This document shows positions 9,221 through 16,863 of a stretch of 64,000 bases of DNA, in pieces. How positions within the stretch are numbered: position 1 is the first letter of the stretch; each line of letters opens with the position of its first letter. Position numbers and translations under genes: made by a program. The notes under the pieces were generated by a model that made no database searches, was not told the DNA's origin, and saw only the letters and a list, made by a program, of their open reading frames with translations. This DNA comes from Candidatus Woesearchaeota archaeon. Its GTDB lineage: Archaea; Nanobdellota; Nanobdellia; Pacearchaeales; GW2011-AR1. Location: positions 2,003 through 66,002 of the forward strand of contig CAYOFN010000001.1 of NCBI GenBank assembly GCA_964403535.1, written 5' to 3'.

Positions 9221-9829
9221 ATGTTTATTGTTTTTGAGGGAATTGATGGTTGTGGCAAGAGCACGCAAGTATGGGAACTTTCAAGATATCTGTCCTCTCT
9301 TAATAAATACACCCACTGTCTTGTTACAAGAGAACCTTATAAAGAAAGAGAGATTAGAAAAATCTTGAGACAAGAAGAAAACCCAGAATCGCAAAAAGAA
9401 AAATTAACAGAATTGTTCGTTAAAGACAGGCAAGAACATATTGACGAATTAATCCTTCCTTTTTTGAATAAAGGGATTACAATTATTTCTGATAGATATA
9501 AGTATGCAACAATCGCTTACCAGGGGGCACAGGGACAGGACATTCAGGGACTAATCAATCTTCATGAATCTATGCCTATCCCGGATTTTATTTTTATTAT
9601 AGACACTCCTACAGAAACAGCAGTTGAAAGAATGAAAAAAGATTCTATTAGAGAAACAGAACATAAATTTGAAAAAGATAAATCTTTTCTAGAAAAAGTA
9701 AGAAACAATTATCATAAACTTAAGGAGTTGCTTCCTAAAGAAAATATAATTATGATAGACGGAACTAAAAGCATTGAAGAAATCTCTGAAAAAATAAAAA
9801 CTCATTTTATAGACTTCAAAAACATTTAA
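9221..9829 (+). CDS. tmk: Thymidylate (dTMP) kinase
   Basis: FIVFEGIDGCGKSTQ P-loop, TREP, SDRY...AYQG. Confidence 0.96.
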   Translation: MFIVFEGIDGCGKSTQVWELSRYLSSLNKYTHCLVTREPYKEREIRKILRQEENPESQKEKLTELFVKDRQEHIDELILPFLNKGITIISDRYKYATIAYQGAQGQDIQGLINLHESMPIPDFIFIIDTPTETAVERMKKDSIRETEHKFEKDKSFLEKVRNNYHKLKELLPKENIIMIDGTKSIEEISEKIKTHFIDFKNI

Positions 9830-9870
9830 AAACTTACTCTTTCTATACTAATTAAATAAAAGGAGGTAAA

Positions 9871-10164
9871 ATGGCGTTACTTAGTTTAGGAAATCTTTTT
9901 GGATACGGTGCTAGCGGTCTTGGCGGAGCAGCTTTCGGAGCATTGAGCACAGGAGTTTTAACTCTAATTGTTCTTGCACTAGTGTGGAAGTTAATCTGGT
10001 ACGGGATGGCTTTATACCGCGCTGTTGAAAGAAAACAGTTCAATTGGTTCGTAGTATTATTTGTAGCAACATTTATACTTGGAGATTTAGGTATACTTGC
10101 TATAATTTACCTGTTGATATACCGAGACAAAAAGACATCTCCAAAAGCAAAAAAGAGGAGATAA
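9871..10164 (+). CDS. Small membrane protein, DUF5652-like
   Basis: WKLIWYGMALYRAVERKQFNWFVVLF pattern; strong AGGAGGT Shine-Dalgarno site. Confidence 0.75.
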   Translation: MALLSLGNLFGYGASGLGGAAFGALSTGVLTLIVLALVWKLIWYGMALYRAVERKQFNWFVVLFVATFILGDLGILAIIYLLIYRDKKTSPKAKKRR

Positions 10165-10194
10165 TCTTTTTTAAAAGATAAAAGGAGGTGTAAA

Positions 10195-10398
10195 ATGGCT
10201 AAAAAAGAAGGTGGTTTGCTAGGTATCTTGATGTGGGTAGTTGGTGTTCTAGTAAGCTTATCAGTTGGATTTGGAATGATTGACCAAACTCTATCTGTAC
10301 CTTATATACCTGTAATCATAACTGTAGTTGCTGGATGGATTGTTGTTATTGGATCATTAATCGGAGTGGTTATGGCAATTATAAGGGCTGCAAAATAA
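10195..10398 (+). CDS. Small 2-TM membrane protein
   Basis: Two hydrophobic helices; strong AGGAGGTG Shine-Dalgarno site. Confidence 0.8.
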   Translation: MAKKEGGLLGILMWVVGVLVSLSVGFGMIDQTLSVPYIPVIITVVAGWIVVIGSLIGVVMAIIRAAK

Positions 10399-10401
10399 AT
10401 C

Positions 10402-10430
10402 TTTATTTTTTTTATTTTTTTTATTTTTTT
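10402..10430 (+). terminator. Oligo-T archaeal terminator
   Basis: Repeated A-interrupted T7 runs right after the stop codon. Confidence 0.6.
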
Positions 10431-10446
10431 CCTATTTCTAAAGAAC

Positions 10447-10959
10447 TTATCTTCTCGGGATAAACATTCCACTCTCTCTTTTATACTTCAAATATTTTTC
10501 TCCAAATCTTTTAATCATATACCTCTCCTCTACACTTGCCTGCCAGACTATCATAGAACTTGCAATCAGACAGTAAATAAACACAAAAAGAGTTGGCACA
10601 ATCAAAATAACTCCAATTAAACTCAAAATTATTCCTGCATACATTGGGTGCCTCACTCTTTTGTAGATTCCCAATCTTCTCACCCCTTTTGCTCTAAGAA
10701 AATTATTTTTTATTTCATCAAAACTAAGCTTGATGATGAGTAATCCAGCTAAAAAGACGATAGTTCCAGGAAGTACTAAAAAACTAAAAACAAATTCTCT
10801 AACAATAAGAATTCCAGAAAGAATTAACACATCTCCAATCCCAATACCATTAAACAGAACATTTATTTTTTTATTAAATCTCTGATGAGATATACCATCT
10901 ACTAAAAAGAATATAATCATTATCACACTTGCAATTATAAAATATATTAAATTTTCCAT
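10447..10959 (-). CDS. Isoprenylcysteine carboxyl methyltransferase / PEMT family membrane protein
   Basis: GIYKRVRHPMYAG, EERYM..FGEKY..Y....GMFIP. Confidence 0.88.
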   Translation of the reverse strand: MENLIYFIIASVIMIIFFLVDGISHQRFNKKINVLFNGIGIGDVLILSGILIVREFVFSFLVLPGTIVFLAGLLIIKLSFDEIKNNFLRAKGVRRLGIYKRVRHPMYAGIILSLIGVILIVPTLFVFIYCLIASSMIVWQASVEERYMIKRFGEKYLKYKRESGMFIPRR

Positions 10960-10981
10960 TAGAGTATATTAATAAACTGCT

Positions 10982-12064
10982 TTATTTTAATCTTTCCTTT
11001 GCAATTCTCATTGCAGCTTCTCTTGGAATAACCCCCTCCTGCTCAGATTTTTCCAAGACTAACTTTGTATTTTTAGTTATTTTCTCACTTATCATCTGAA
11101 ACATTTGTTCTTCTGTTCCCCCAATATGCTCAATATAAGAGCTAATTACTCCTCCGGCATTGCACAAAAAATCAGGTATTACTAAAATTCCTTTATCATG
11201 TAAAACCTTTTCTAATTCAGGAATCATTGGGATATTTGCTGCTTCAGCTACAATTCTTGCTTTAATATGTTCTACATTCTCTTTTGTAATCACATTAGGC
11301 CTTGCTCCAGGTATCAAAATATCCACTTTTAGTTCAAATAATCTCTTGTTTTCAAGCACATCTCCAGGAAGATAATTAACAACACTTCCGCTCTTTTTTT
11401 TAACTTCAATCAATTTTTCAATATCAATCCCCCCCTCATTAAAAATTACTCCCTTTGAATCAGATACTGCAATAATCTTAGCACCTAATTTAGACAAGAA
11501 TTTTGCTGTAGCAACTCCAACCTCTCCAAATCCTTCTAAAGCCACACAAGCATATTTTAAATCTAGTTTAATATGCTCAGCAGCAATTTTTATACTCTCA
11601 ACAACTCCAAAACCTGTGCTTCCAAGTTCATGAGGAATTCCTCCAGCTTCTTTTGATTTTCCAGTGCACGCTTTTTTATTTTTTAATTCATCTGCAAAAA
11701 TATCCATATCATGGCTTTCAGTGTACATATCTGGAGCAGAAATATAACTTTCAGGAATAAATTGTTTCAAAGATTTTGCAAAAGCTCTTATTAATTTTTC
11801 CTTACTTTCAGAACTTAGTTTTTTAGTATCTGCAAGTAACCCTCCTTTTGCACCACCAAAAGGCAAGTCAGCCAGAGCTGTTTTATAGGTCATTGCTCTT
11901 GCAAGCCCTGCAACCTCCTCAACAGAAACATCTGGAACCATTCTAAACCCTCCTTTTCCAGGTCCTCTTTTAGTATTATCAATTACAAGAATTCCTCTCA
12001 TCCCTGTCTCTCTATCATAAACCTCTATTATCTTCTCAGGCCCAATAGCATCATATTTTATCAT
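10982..12064 (-). CDS. gdhA: Glu/Leu/Phe/Val dehydrogenase (likely start at ATG 12064)
   Basis: GPGKGGFR, FGGAKGG, APDM, GFGEVG, EAANIP, PDFLCNAGGV. Confidence 0.9.
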   Translation of the reverse strand: MIKYDAIGPEKIIEVYDRETGMRGILVIDNTKRGPGKGGFRMVPDVSVEEVAGLARAMTYKTALADLPFGGAKGGLLADTKKLSSESKEKLIRAFAKSLKQFIPESYISAPDMYTESHDMDIFADELKNKKACTGKSKEAGGIPHELGSTGFGVVESIKIAAEHIKLDLKYACVALEGFGEVGVATAKFLSKLGAKIIAVSDSKGVIFNEGGIDIEKLIEVKKKSGSVVNYLPGDVLENKRLFELKVDILIPGARPNVITKENVEHIKARIVAEAANIPMIPELEKVLHDKGILVIPDFLCNAGGVISSYIEHIGGTEEQMFQMISEKITKNTKLVLEKSEQEGVIPREAAMRIAKERLK

Positions 12065-12102
12065 TTTATTTTTATTTCTCTCAGTATTTACTTCCAAAAT
12101 CT

Positions 12103-12363
12103 CTATTTTCTAGTTCTATTTAAATCCTTATAAATCTCATCAAATCTCCCAGCAACCTCAAAATCTCTTGCACTAAGAGCACTTATTTTATCAGTCCACA
12201 TTTTAACCTCAACTTCTCCATATGAAATAAACAATTCCGGATGGTGTTCCTTTAATTCAATAACTCTTGCAATCTCATTAACAAATTTCAGTGCAAGCTT
12301 AAAATCAGGAAATTCATATCTTTTATTTAAATACTTTCCATCAATTAATATCCACCCCTCCAT
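12103..12363 (-). CDS. Pterin-4a-carbinolamine dehydratase-like protein
   Basis: FPDF..AL.FVN.I...HHPE...Y..V...WT.....LS..DF. Confidence 0.88.
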   Translation of the reverse strand: MEGWILIDGKYLNKRYEFPDFKLALKFVNEIARVIELKEHHPELFISYGEVEVKMWTDKISALSARDFEVAGRFDEIYKDLNRTRK

Positions 12364-12371
12364 TTTCCCTC

Positions 12372-12764
12372 TTAAATCTTTTTCTTTTCAAAATCTTCAA
12401 TTGCCTTATGGAGAGCATCAGCAGCAAGATTTGAACAGTGCATTTTTATAGGAGGCAAGTTTCCAAGTGATTTTGCAACATCTTTATTTGTAATTTTTTT
12501 TGCTTCATCCAAAGTTTTTCCTTTAGCCAGTTGAGTAGTCATGCTTGAAGTAGCAATAGCAGCAATACACCCCATTGTCTGAAACTTTATGTCTTTGATA
12601 TACTCTATCTCTCTACCCTTAATTCCTTTCTTCTTGACTTTAATGTACACGTACATTACGTCCCCACATACAGGATTTCCAACTTTTCCAACTCCATCTG
12701 CATCCTCTATTTTCCCCATATTTTTGGGTTTTTTGAAATGTTGCATTACTTCTTTACTATACAT
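12372..12764 (-). CDS. iscU: Fe-S cluster scaffold, IscU/NifU family
   Basis: YS..VMQHF..PKNMG, GNPVCGD, FQTMGC, LPPIKMHCS. Confidence 0.96.
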   Translation of the reverse strand: MYSKEVMQHFKKPKNMGKIEDADGVGKVGNPVCGDVMYVYIKVKKKGIKGREIEYIKDIKFQTMGCIAAIATSSMTTQLAKGKTLDEAKKITNKDVAKSLGNLPPIKMHCSNLAADALHKAIEDFEKKKI

Positions 12765-12788
12765 TTTTTCTGCACTCCTTATATTCCC

Positions 12789-13376
12789 TCATTCTTTTTT
12801 GAAATGTTCAATAATTTTTTTGATTGCAAAATAACTTCCCCCAAAAATCAAAACTCCTGGAAGGAGTGTTATTCCTAGTACTGGGGCGAGGGTTACAACA
12901 CCAATACCCCCAAGAAATCCAACCCCTAAGCTTTCAAGTAAGCTAGAGATTTGTGAAACTTGATTTTCAACATTTTTTTGTAGAGCATCGATTTGCATAA
13001 CATACTTTCCATCCTTAAAAACTTTGATTTTTCTTTCTTCCTCTGAACATAAAATAGAGAGATTATGATTTTTTGAAGCAGACAAACCTGCTGCATGCCT
13101 TGTTCCAAATCCAACAAACGCTTTAACATCTTTTATCATCACCCCATACTCTTTTATTCTTCCATCTCTATCAATTATCACTGCTCCATCAATCACTGCG
13201 AGTCCCTTCAAAACCTTTTCTGCACCATTTTCAAATATGCTAAAATTGGAAAATTTTTGTTCAAATAATTTTTCATATGAAACATTTTCCCCAATAACAA
13301 ATAATGCTCCGTTACCTTCTTTAACAATTTCTATAGCTACTTTTAATACTTTTTCTTCTATTTCCTTTATTTTCAT
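12789..13376 (-). CDS. Diadenylate cyclase (DAC/DisA_N domain) with a C-terminal hydrophobic hairpin
   Basis: GALFVIG, IDGAVII, GFGTRHAAG, SEE motifs. Confidence 0.85.
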   Translation of the reverse strand: MKIKEIEEKVLKVAIEIVKEGNGALFVIGENVSYEKLFEQKFSNFSIFENGAEKVLKGLAVIDGAVIIDRDGRIKEYGVMIKDVKAFVGFGTRHAAGLSASKNHNLSILCSEEERKIKVFKDGKYVMQIDALQKNVENQVSQISSLLESLGVGFLGGIGVVTLAPVLGITLLPGVLIFGGSYFAIKKIIEHFKKE

Positions 13377-13588
13377 CTTTTCTTTCCCTCTATAACCTTA
13401 TTTAATTTTTTCACAAGTTTTTCAACTTCAATTCCATGAGCTAGGGCTCCTTGTTCAATTGTTTCCTGTTGTGACATCGGACAACCAATGCAATGCATTC
13501 CACTTTCTAACAAAACCTCAATAGTATCTGGACACATTCTTATCAACTCTGAAAACTTCGTGTTTTTGCTTATTTTTCTGTTTTTCAT
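13373..13588 (-). CDS. DUF1858 (hybrid-cluster-associated redox disulfide) domain protein
   Basis: GMHCIGCPMSQQETIEQGALAHGI. Confidence 0.9.
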   Translation of the reverse strand: MKNRKISKNTKFSELIRMCPDTIEVLLESGMHCIGCPMSQQETIEQGALAHGIEVEKLVKKLNKVIEGKKR

Positions 13589-13605
13589 TTTTTCAAGATA
13601 ATTCT

Positions 13606-13698
13606 TTACTTAGAACATTCACAGCATGTACACTTAGGCACACACTTACACGGACTACATCCACAGCAAGGACATTTTTTCTGTTTTTTATTTTTCAT
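13606..13698 (-). CDS. Unannotated 30-aa metallothionein-like peptide MKNKKQKKCPCCGCSPCKCVPKCTCCECSK
   Basis: Manual translation: 10 Cys in 22 residues, no aromatic residues, GGAGG site upstream, fills the iscS-DUF1858 gap on the same strand. Confidence 0.8.
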   Translation of the reverse strand: MKNKKQKKCPCCGCSPCKCVPKCTCCECSK

Positions 13699-13727
13699 TT
13701 TTCCCTCCAAAGTTTATTTAAATTAAT

Positions 13728-14870
13728 TTATATTGAAATAGGGCTTATTCTCCTTAATTTATCAATGATTTTAGGCAAAACCTTCAACACTTTTTCTATT
13801 TCTTCTGAAGAAGTATCCCTACTTAAACTTAATCTTATTGAACTATTTGCTTCAAGAGGAGTAAGCCCAATTGCCTTTAAAACATGACTTGGTTCTAGAC
13901 TTTGGCTGGAACAAGCAGAGCCAGTAGATATACAAATGCCATATGCATCTAAATACCCTCCGATAGACTCTCCCTCAATATTATTAAAGCAAATATTAAC
14001 ATTATTGCACAAACGGTTTATTCTCGAACCATTTAGTTTTGTATTCTCAATCTTTAAAATACCTTCAATAAGCTTATCTCTTAATTCTTTTATTTTTCTA
14101 ACATCTTTGTCTCTTGTTAGTCTAACTGCAGCAGCAAACCCAACAATTCCAGCAATATTCTCTGTTCCACTTCTTAGTTTTTTTTCCTGTCCCCCTCCAT
14201 GCACTAAGGGGGTTATATCAATTCCCTCTCTGATGTATAATGCACCAACTCCCTTTGGACCATGAATCTTATGAGCATTTAAAGTAACTAAATCAAGATT
14301 TTGTTTTTTTACATTTATAGGAACTTTAGTGTAAGACTGACATGCATCAGTATGAAACAAAACTCCCCTTTCTTTGCAAATCTTTCCTATTTCCTCAAGA
14401 TTTTGTATTGTTCCAATCTCATTATTCCCATGGATCACAGAGACAATTGCAGTATCCTTAGTTATTGCTTTCTCAATCTCTTTTGGATTTACAAATCCCT
14501 CATAGTTTACATCAAGATAAGTTACTTTTACCCCTTGTTTTTCAAGCCACTTGCATGAATTTAAAATACAGTCATGTTCAATCCTTGTAGTAATAATATG
14601 ATTCTTTCCACTACTCCAGATAATCCCCTTCAAAGCAAAGTTATTTGCTTCTGTTCCTCCTGATGTAAAAACAATCTCCTCTGATTTTGCTCCAATGCTT
14701 TTTGCAATCACATCTCTACTCTGTTCAAGTGCTCTTTTTGCCTCTAAACCAAGAATATGCTGTGAACTAGCATTCCCATACTTTTCAGAAAAATAAGGGA
14801 GCATTGCATCTATAACTCTCTTATCAACAAGAGTAGTTGCAGCATTATCAAGGTAAATTGTTTTAACCAT
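13728..14870 (-). CDS. iscS: Cysteine desulfurase IscS/NifS
   Basis: YLDNAATT, FTSGGTEANN, HTDACQ, NAHKIHGPKG, STGSACSS. Confidence 0.97.
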   Translation of the reverse strand: MVKTIYLDNAATTLVDKRVIDAMLPYFSEKYGNASSQHILGLEAKRALEQSRDVIAKSIGAKSEEIVFTSGGTEANNFALKGIIWSSGKNHIITTRIEHDCILNSCKWLEKQGVKVTYLDVNYEGFVNPKEIEKAITKDTAIVSVIHGNNEIGTIQNLEEIGKICKERGVLFHTDACQSYTKVPINVKKQNLDLVTLNAHKIHGPKGVGALYIREGIDITPLVHGGGQEKKLRSGTENIAGIVGFAAAVRLTRDKDVRKIKELRDKLIEGILKIENTKLNGSRINRLCNNVNICFNNIEGESIGGYLDAYGICISTGSACSSQSLEPSHVLKAIGLTPLEANSSIRLSLSRDTSSEEIEKVLKVLPKIIDKLRRISPISI

Positions 14871-14872
14871 TT

Positions 14873-15172
14873 TTATTTTTTATTAGCAAAACAGCATCTT
14901 TTACAAAATTTCTTTTCATGTTTGTCAATAATCTTTAATATTGGAAGAATTGTTTGTTTGTTTAAGCTGTAAATCCTTTTCTTGCCCCCTTGTCTAACCT
15001 GAACAATGCTACAGCATCTTAAAGAAGCAAGTGCGTGGCTTAGTTTAGACTGCTCTATTTTAAGTTCTTTAGCAATTTCTGAGACAGACATCTCCCTCTC
15101 CTTTAACAGAGAGATTATATCAATTTTTAAAGGATTAGCCAAATTTGTAAAGAATAGGTGATAAGTGTTCAT
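14873..15172 (-). CDS. ArsR/SmtB family regulator with Cys clusters (LRCC, C-terminal HEKKFCKRCC)
   Basis: LANPLKIDIISLL...SVSEIA..L..EQSKLSHAL winged HTH. Confidence 0.9.
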   Translation of the reverse strand: MNTYHLFFTNLANPLKIDIISLLKEREMSVSEIAKELKIEQSKLSHALASLRCCSIVQVRQGGKKRIYSLNKQTILPILKIIDKHEKKFCKRCCFANKK

Positions 15173-15190
15173 ATGAATTTTAATTCATAT
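15171..15190. promoter_or_regulatory. Perfect 9-2-9 inverted repeat, putative ArsR operator
   Basis: ATATGAATT-TT-AATTCATAT between a minus-strand TTTATATA box (about 15194..15201) and the arsR start; TGAA-N6-TTCA core as in SmtB/CzrA operators. Confidence 0.8.
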
Positions 15191-15277
15191 TACTATATAA
15201 ATGTTTGCATTAAACTTCCTTAACTTAGAGTAGTGAAGATTAGCAAGATTTTTATATACTCCCTCCATAATCCTACA

Positions 15278-15883
15278 ATGCTTTATAAAACAAAAAGGAG
15301 GTTGATAATTGGGATTTCTTTAGTCCTCTTAATAATCCTTTACATTTTTAAAAATACCTCAGTTTTAATCAGAGTGCTATCAGTTATTTTTGGATTATGG
15401 ATTTTTTATTTCTTAGACCATGCATTTAATATCAACTTTCTTCCCAGACACTATATTTACATCACAGCAGTATTAGTTTTTGGAATTCTACTCTCACCTT
15501 TTTATTGGGTTTCTGAATCCTATGATAAAATCCTGCACTTTGCAATGCCAATTCTTGGGAGCATAATGGTTTTTTACATGATTAATAAGTTAAAGATAGA
15601 ACTTAAATGGAAGATTTTGCTTACTCTTACAACTATTCTATCACTTCTTGTCATACTTGAAATTGGAGAGTATCTCTTTGATGTATTTTTTGATTTAAAA
15701 CTTCAGGGGGTTTACCTTAGAGACATATCAGGATTTGAAAAACTAAATTTAGTAATGGATAAGAATGATGATACCATGATGGATCTTATCTTAGGATTAA
15801 TCGGAAGCACCCTCTTTTCATTTTCAAAATACATTATTCATACTATCCAAAAAAGAAAACTTACAGTCCTCAGGAGATTTTAA
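15278..15883 (+). CDS. Multi-pass membrane protein, DUF2238/YjdF-like
   Basis: YDKILHF, EIGEYLFD, DTMMDL motifs; ATG 15278 preferred over the GTG at 15233. Confidence 0.7.
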   Translation: MLYKTKRRLIIGISLVLLIILYIFKNTSVLIRVLSVIFGLWIFYFLDHAFNINFLPRHYIYITAVLVFGILLSPFYWVSESYDKILHFAMPILGSIMVFYMINKLKIELKWKILLTLTTILSLLVILEIGEYLFDVFFDLKLQGVYLRDISGFEKLNLVMDKNDDTMMDLILGLIGSTLFSFSKYIIHTIQKRKLTVLRRF

Positions 15884-16046
15884 TAGCTTGGACAGGACAA
15901 CTCTCTTCAGCTTCTTTTTCACAACTGATTTTATCTGGTTGTTTCTTAACTTTTGCTTTACTGCCCTTTAATTCAAAAGTCGATGGGCAAATAGAAACAC
16001 AAGAACCACAACCAATACACTCTTCAGATATTGTAACTTTTACCAT
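15870..16046 (-). CDS. Monocluster ferredoxin (58 aa), missing from the ORF track
   Basis: Manual translation MVKVTISEECIGCGSCVSICPSTF...EAEESCPVQAIKIS; GGAGG site upstream. Confidence 0.93.
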   Translation of the reverse strand: MVKVTISEECIGCGSCVSICPSTFELKGSKAKVKKQPDKISCEKEAEESCPVQAIKIS

Positions 16047-16057
16047 TTTTCCCTCCT

Positions 16058-16450
16058 TTATATTTTACACCCACTCATCTTCGATAGTTTACTTAAGTCA
16101 AATGGACCATAATAAATCACTCCTCTTATCTCCCAGGCTGGACGATCTACAAATTTCAAATCCTTTTCTGCGCAGATATCTAGATTTACAAGGCAATTGA
16201 TTACATTTAGCTTGCCGATAAATTCTCCGAACATTTCTTTTTGCCTCTCACAAAGCCCAGAATTACCATACACATACAGTTTCACTCCTTTTTCAGTTAA
16301 GCAAGTAGCAAACTTTTCAATATCCTCTTTTTGATACTCTCCTACAGAATATCCTGTAAGATTAGTTATTTTGCTAGTAATAAGATAAAACCCCCCAACA
16401 ACTCCGACAAGTACTGCAAAAGTAATCAAAACTCTTAATCCTGCTTTCAT
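16058..16450 (-). CDS. Membrane-anchored thioredoxin-fold protein with degenerate CxxC
   Basis: N-terminal TM, CLTEKGVKLY...LCERQKEMFG, LSKMSGC pattern; the first Cys of the CxxC is absent. Confidence 0.6.
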   Translation of the reverse strand: MKAGLRVLITFAVLVGVVGGFYLITSKITNLTGYSVGEYQKEDIEKFATCLTEKGVKLYVYGNSGLCERQKEMFGEFIGKLNVINCLVNLDICAEKDLKFVDRPAWEIRGVIYYGPFDLSKLSKMSGCKI

Positions 16451-16481
16451 ATATAAAATAATTTTCAGAAGTATAAAAACT

Positions 16482-16859
16482 TTATGTTTTTTTTCTCAAC
16501 CACATACTCTCCCAAATGATAATCACAATCTCAAGAGTGACGATAAACCCCACCCCGAATAATACTGCCAGGATAAACATAATGTTCCACTGAAGGGGGT
16601 GATAACCCAATCCTCCCATTAATACAATTACAACAGCCAAAATTCCTCCTATAAATGTTAATACTCCTGCCAAAATTTGAAAAATCAGAGAAATCTTTCT
16701 CAATTCTTTAGATTTTGTTTTTCCTCTGACTACACTAAAAACAGCGAATCCTATTCCAAATGGAGAAAAAATACAAAGAAAACTGCTTATTATCATAACT
16801 ACAATCGCTTGAAGAATAAGTTCAATTAAACTTCCGCCATAATAAGGTAGTATACTCAT
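16482..16859 (-). CDS. Hypothetical multi-TM membrane protein
   Basis: Hydrophobic ORF coupled to the DUF2330 gene. Confidence 0.7.
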   Translation of the reverse strand: MSILPYYGGSLIELILQAIVVMIISSFLCIFSPFGIGFAVFSVVRGKTKSKELRKISLIFQILAGVLTFIGGILAVVIVLMGGLGYHPLQWNIMFILAVLFGVGFIVTLEIVIIIWESMWLRKKT

Positions 16860-16863
16860 TTTA

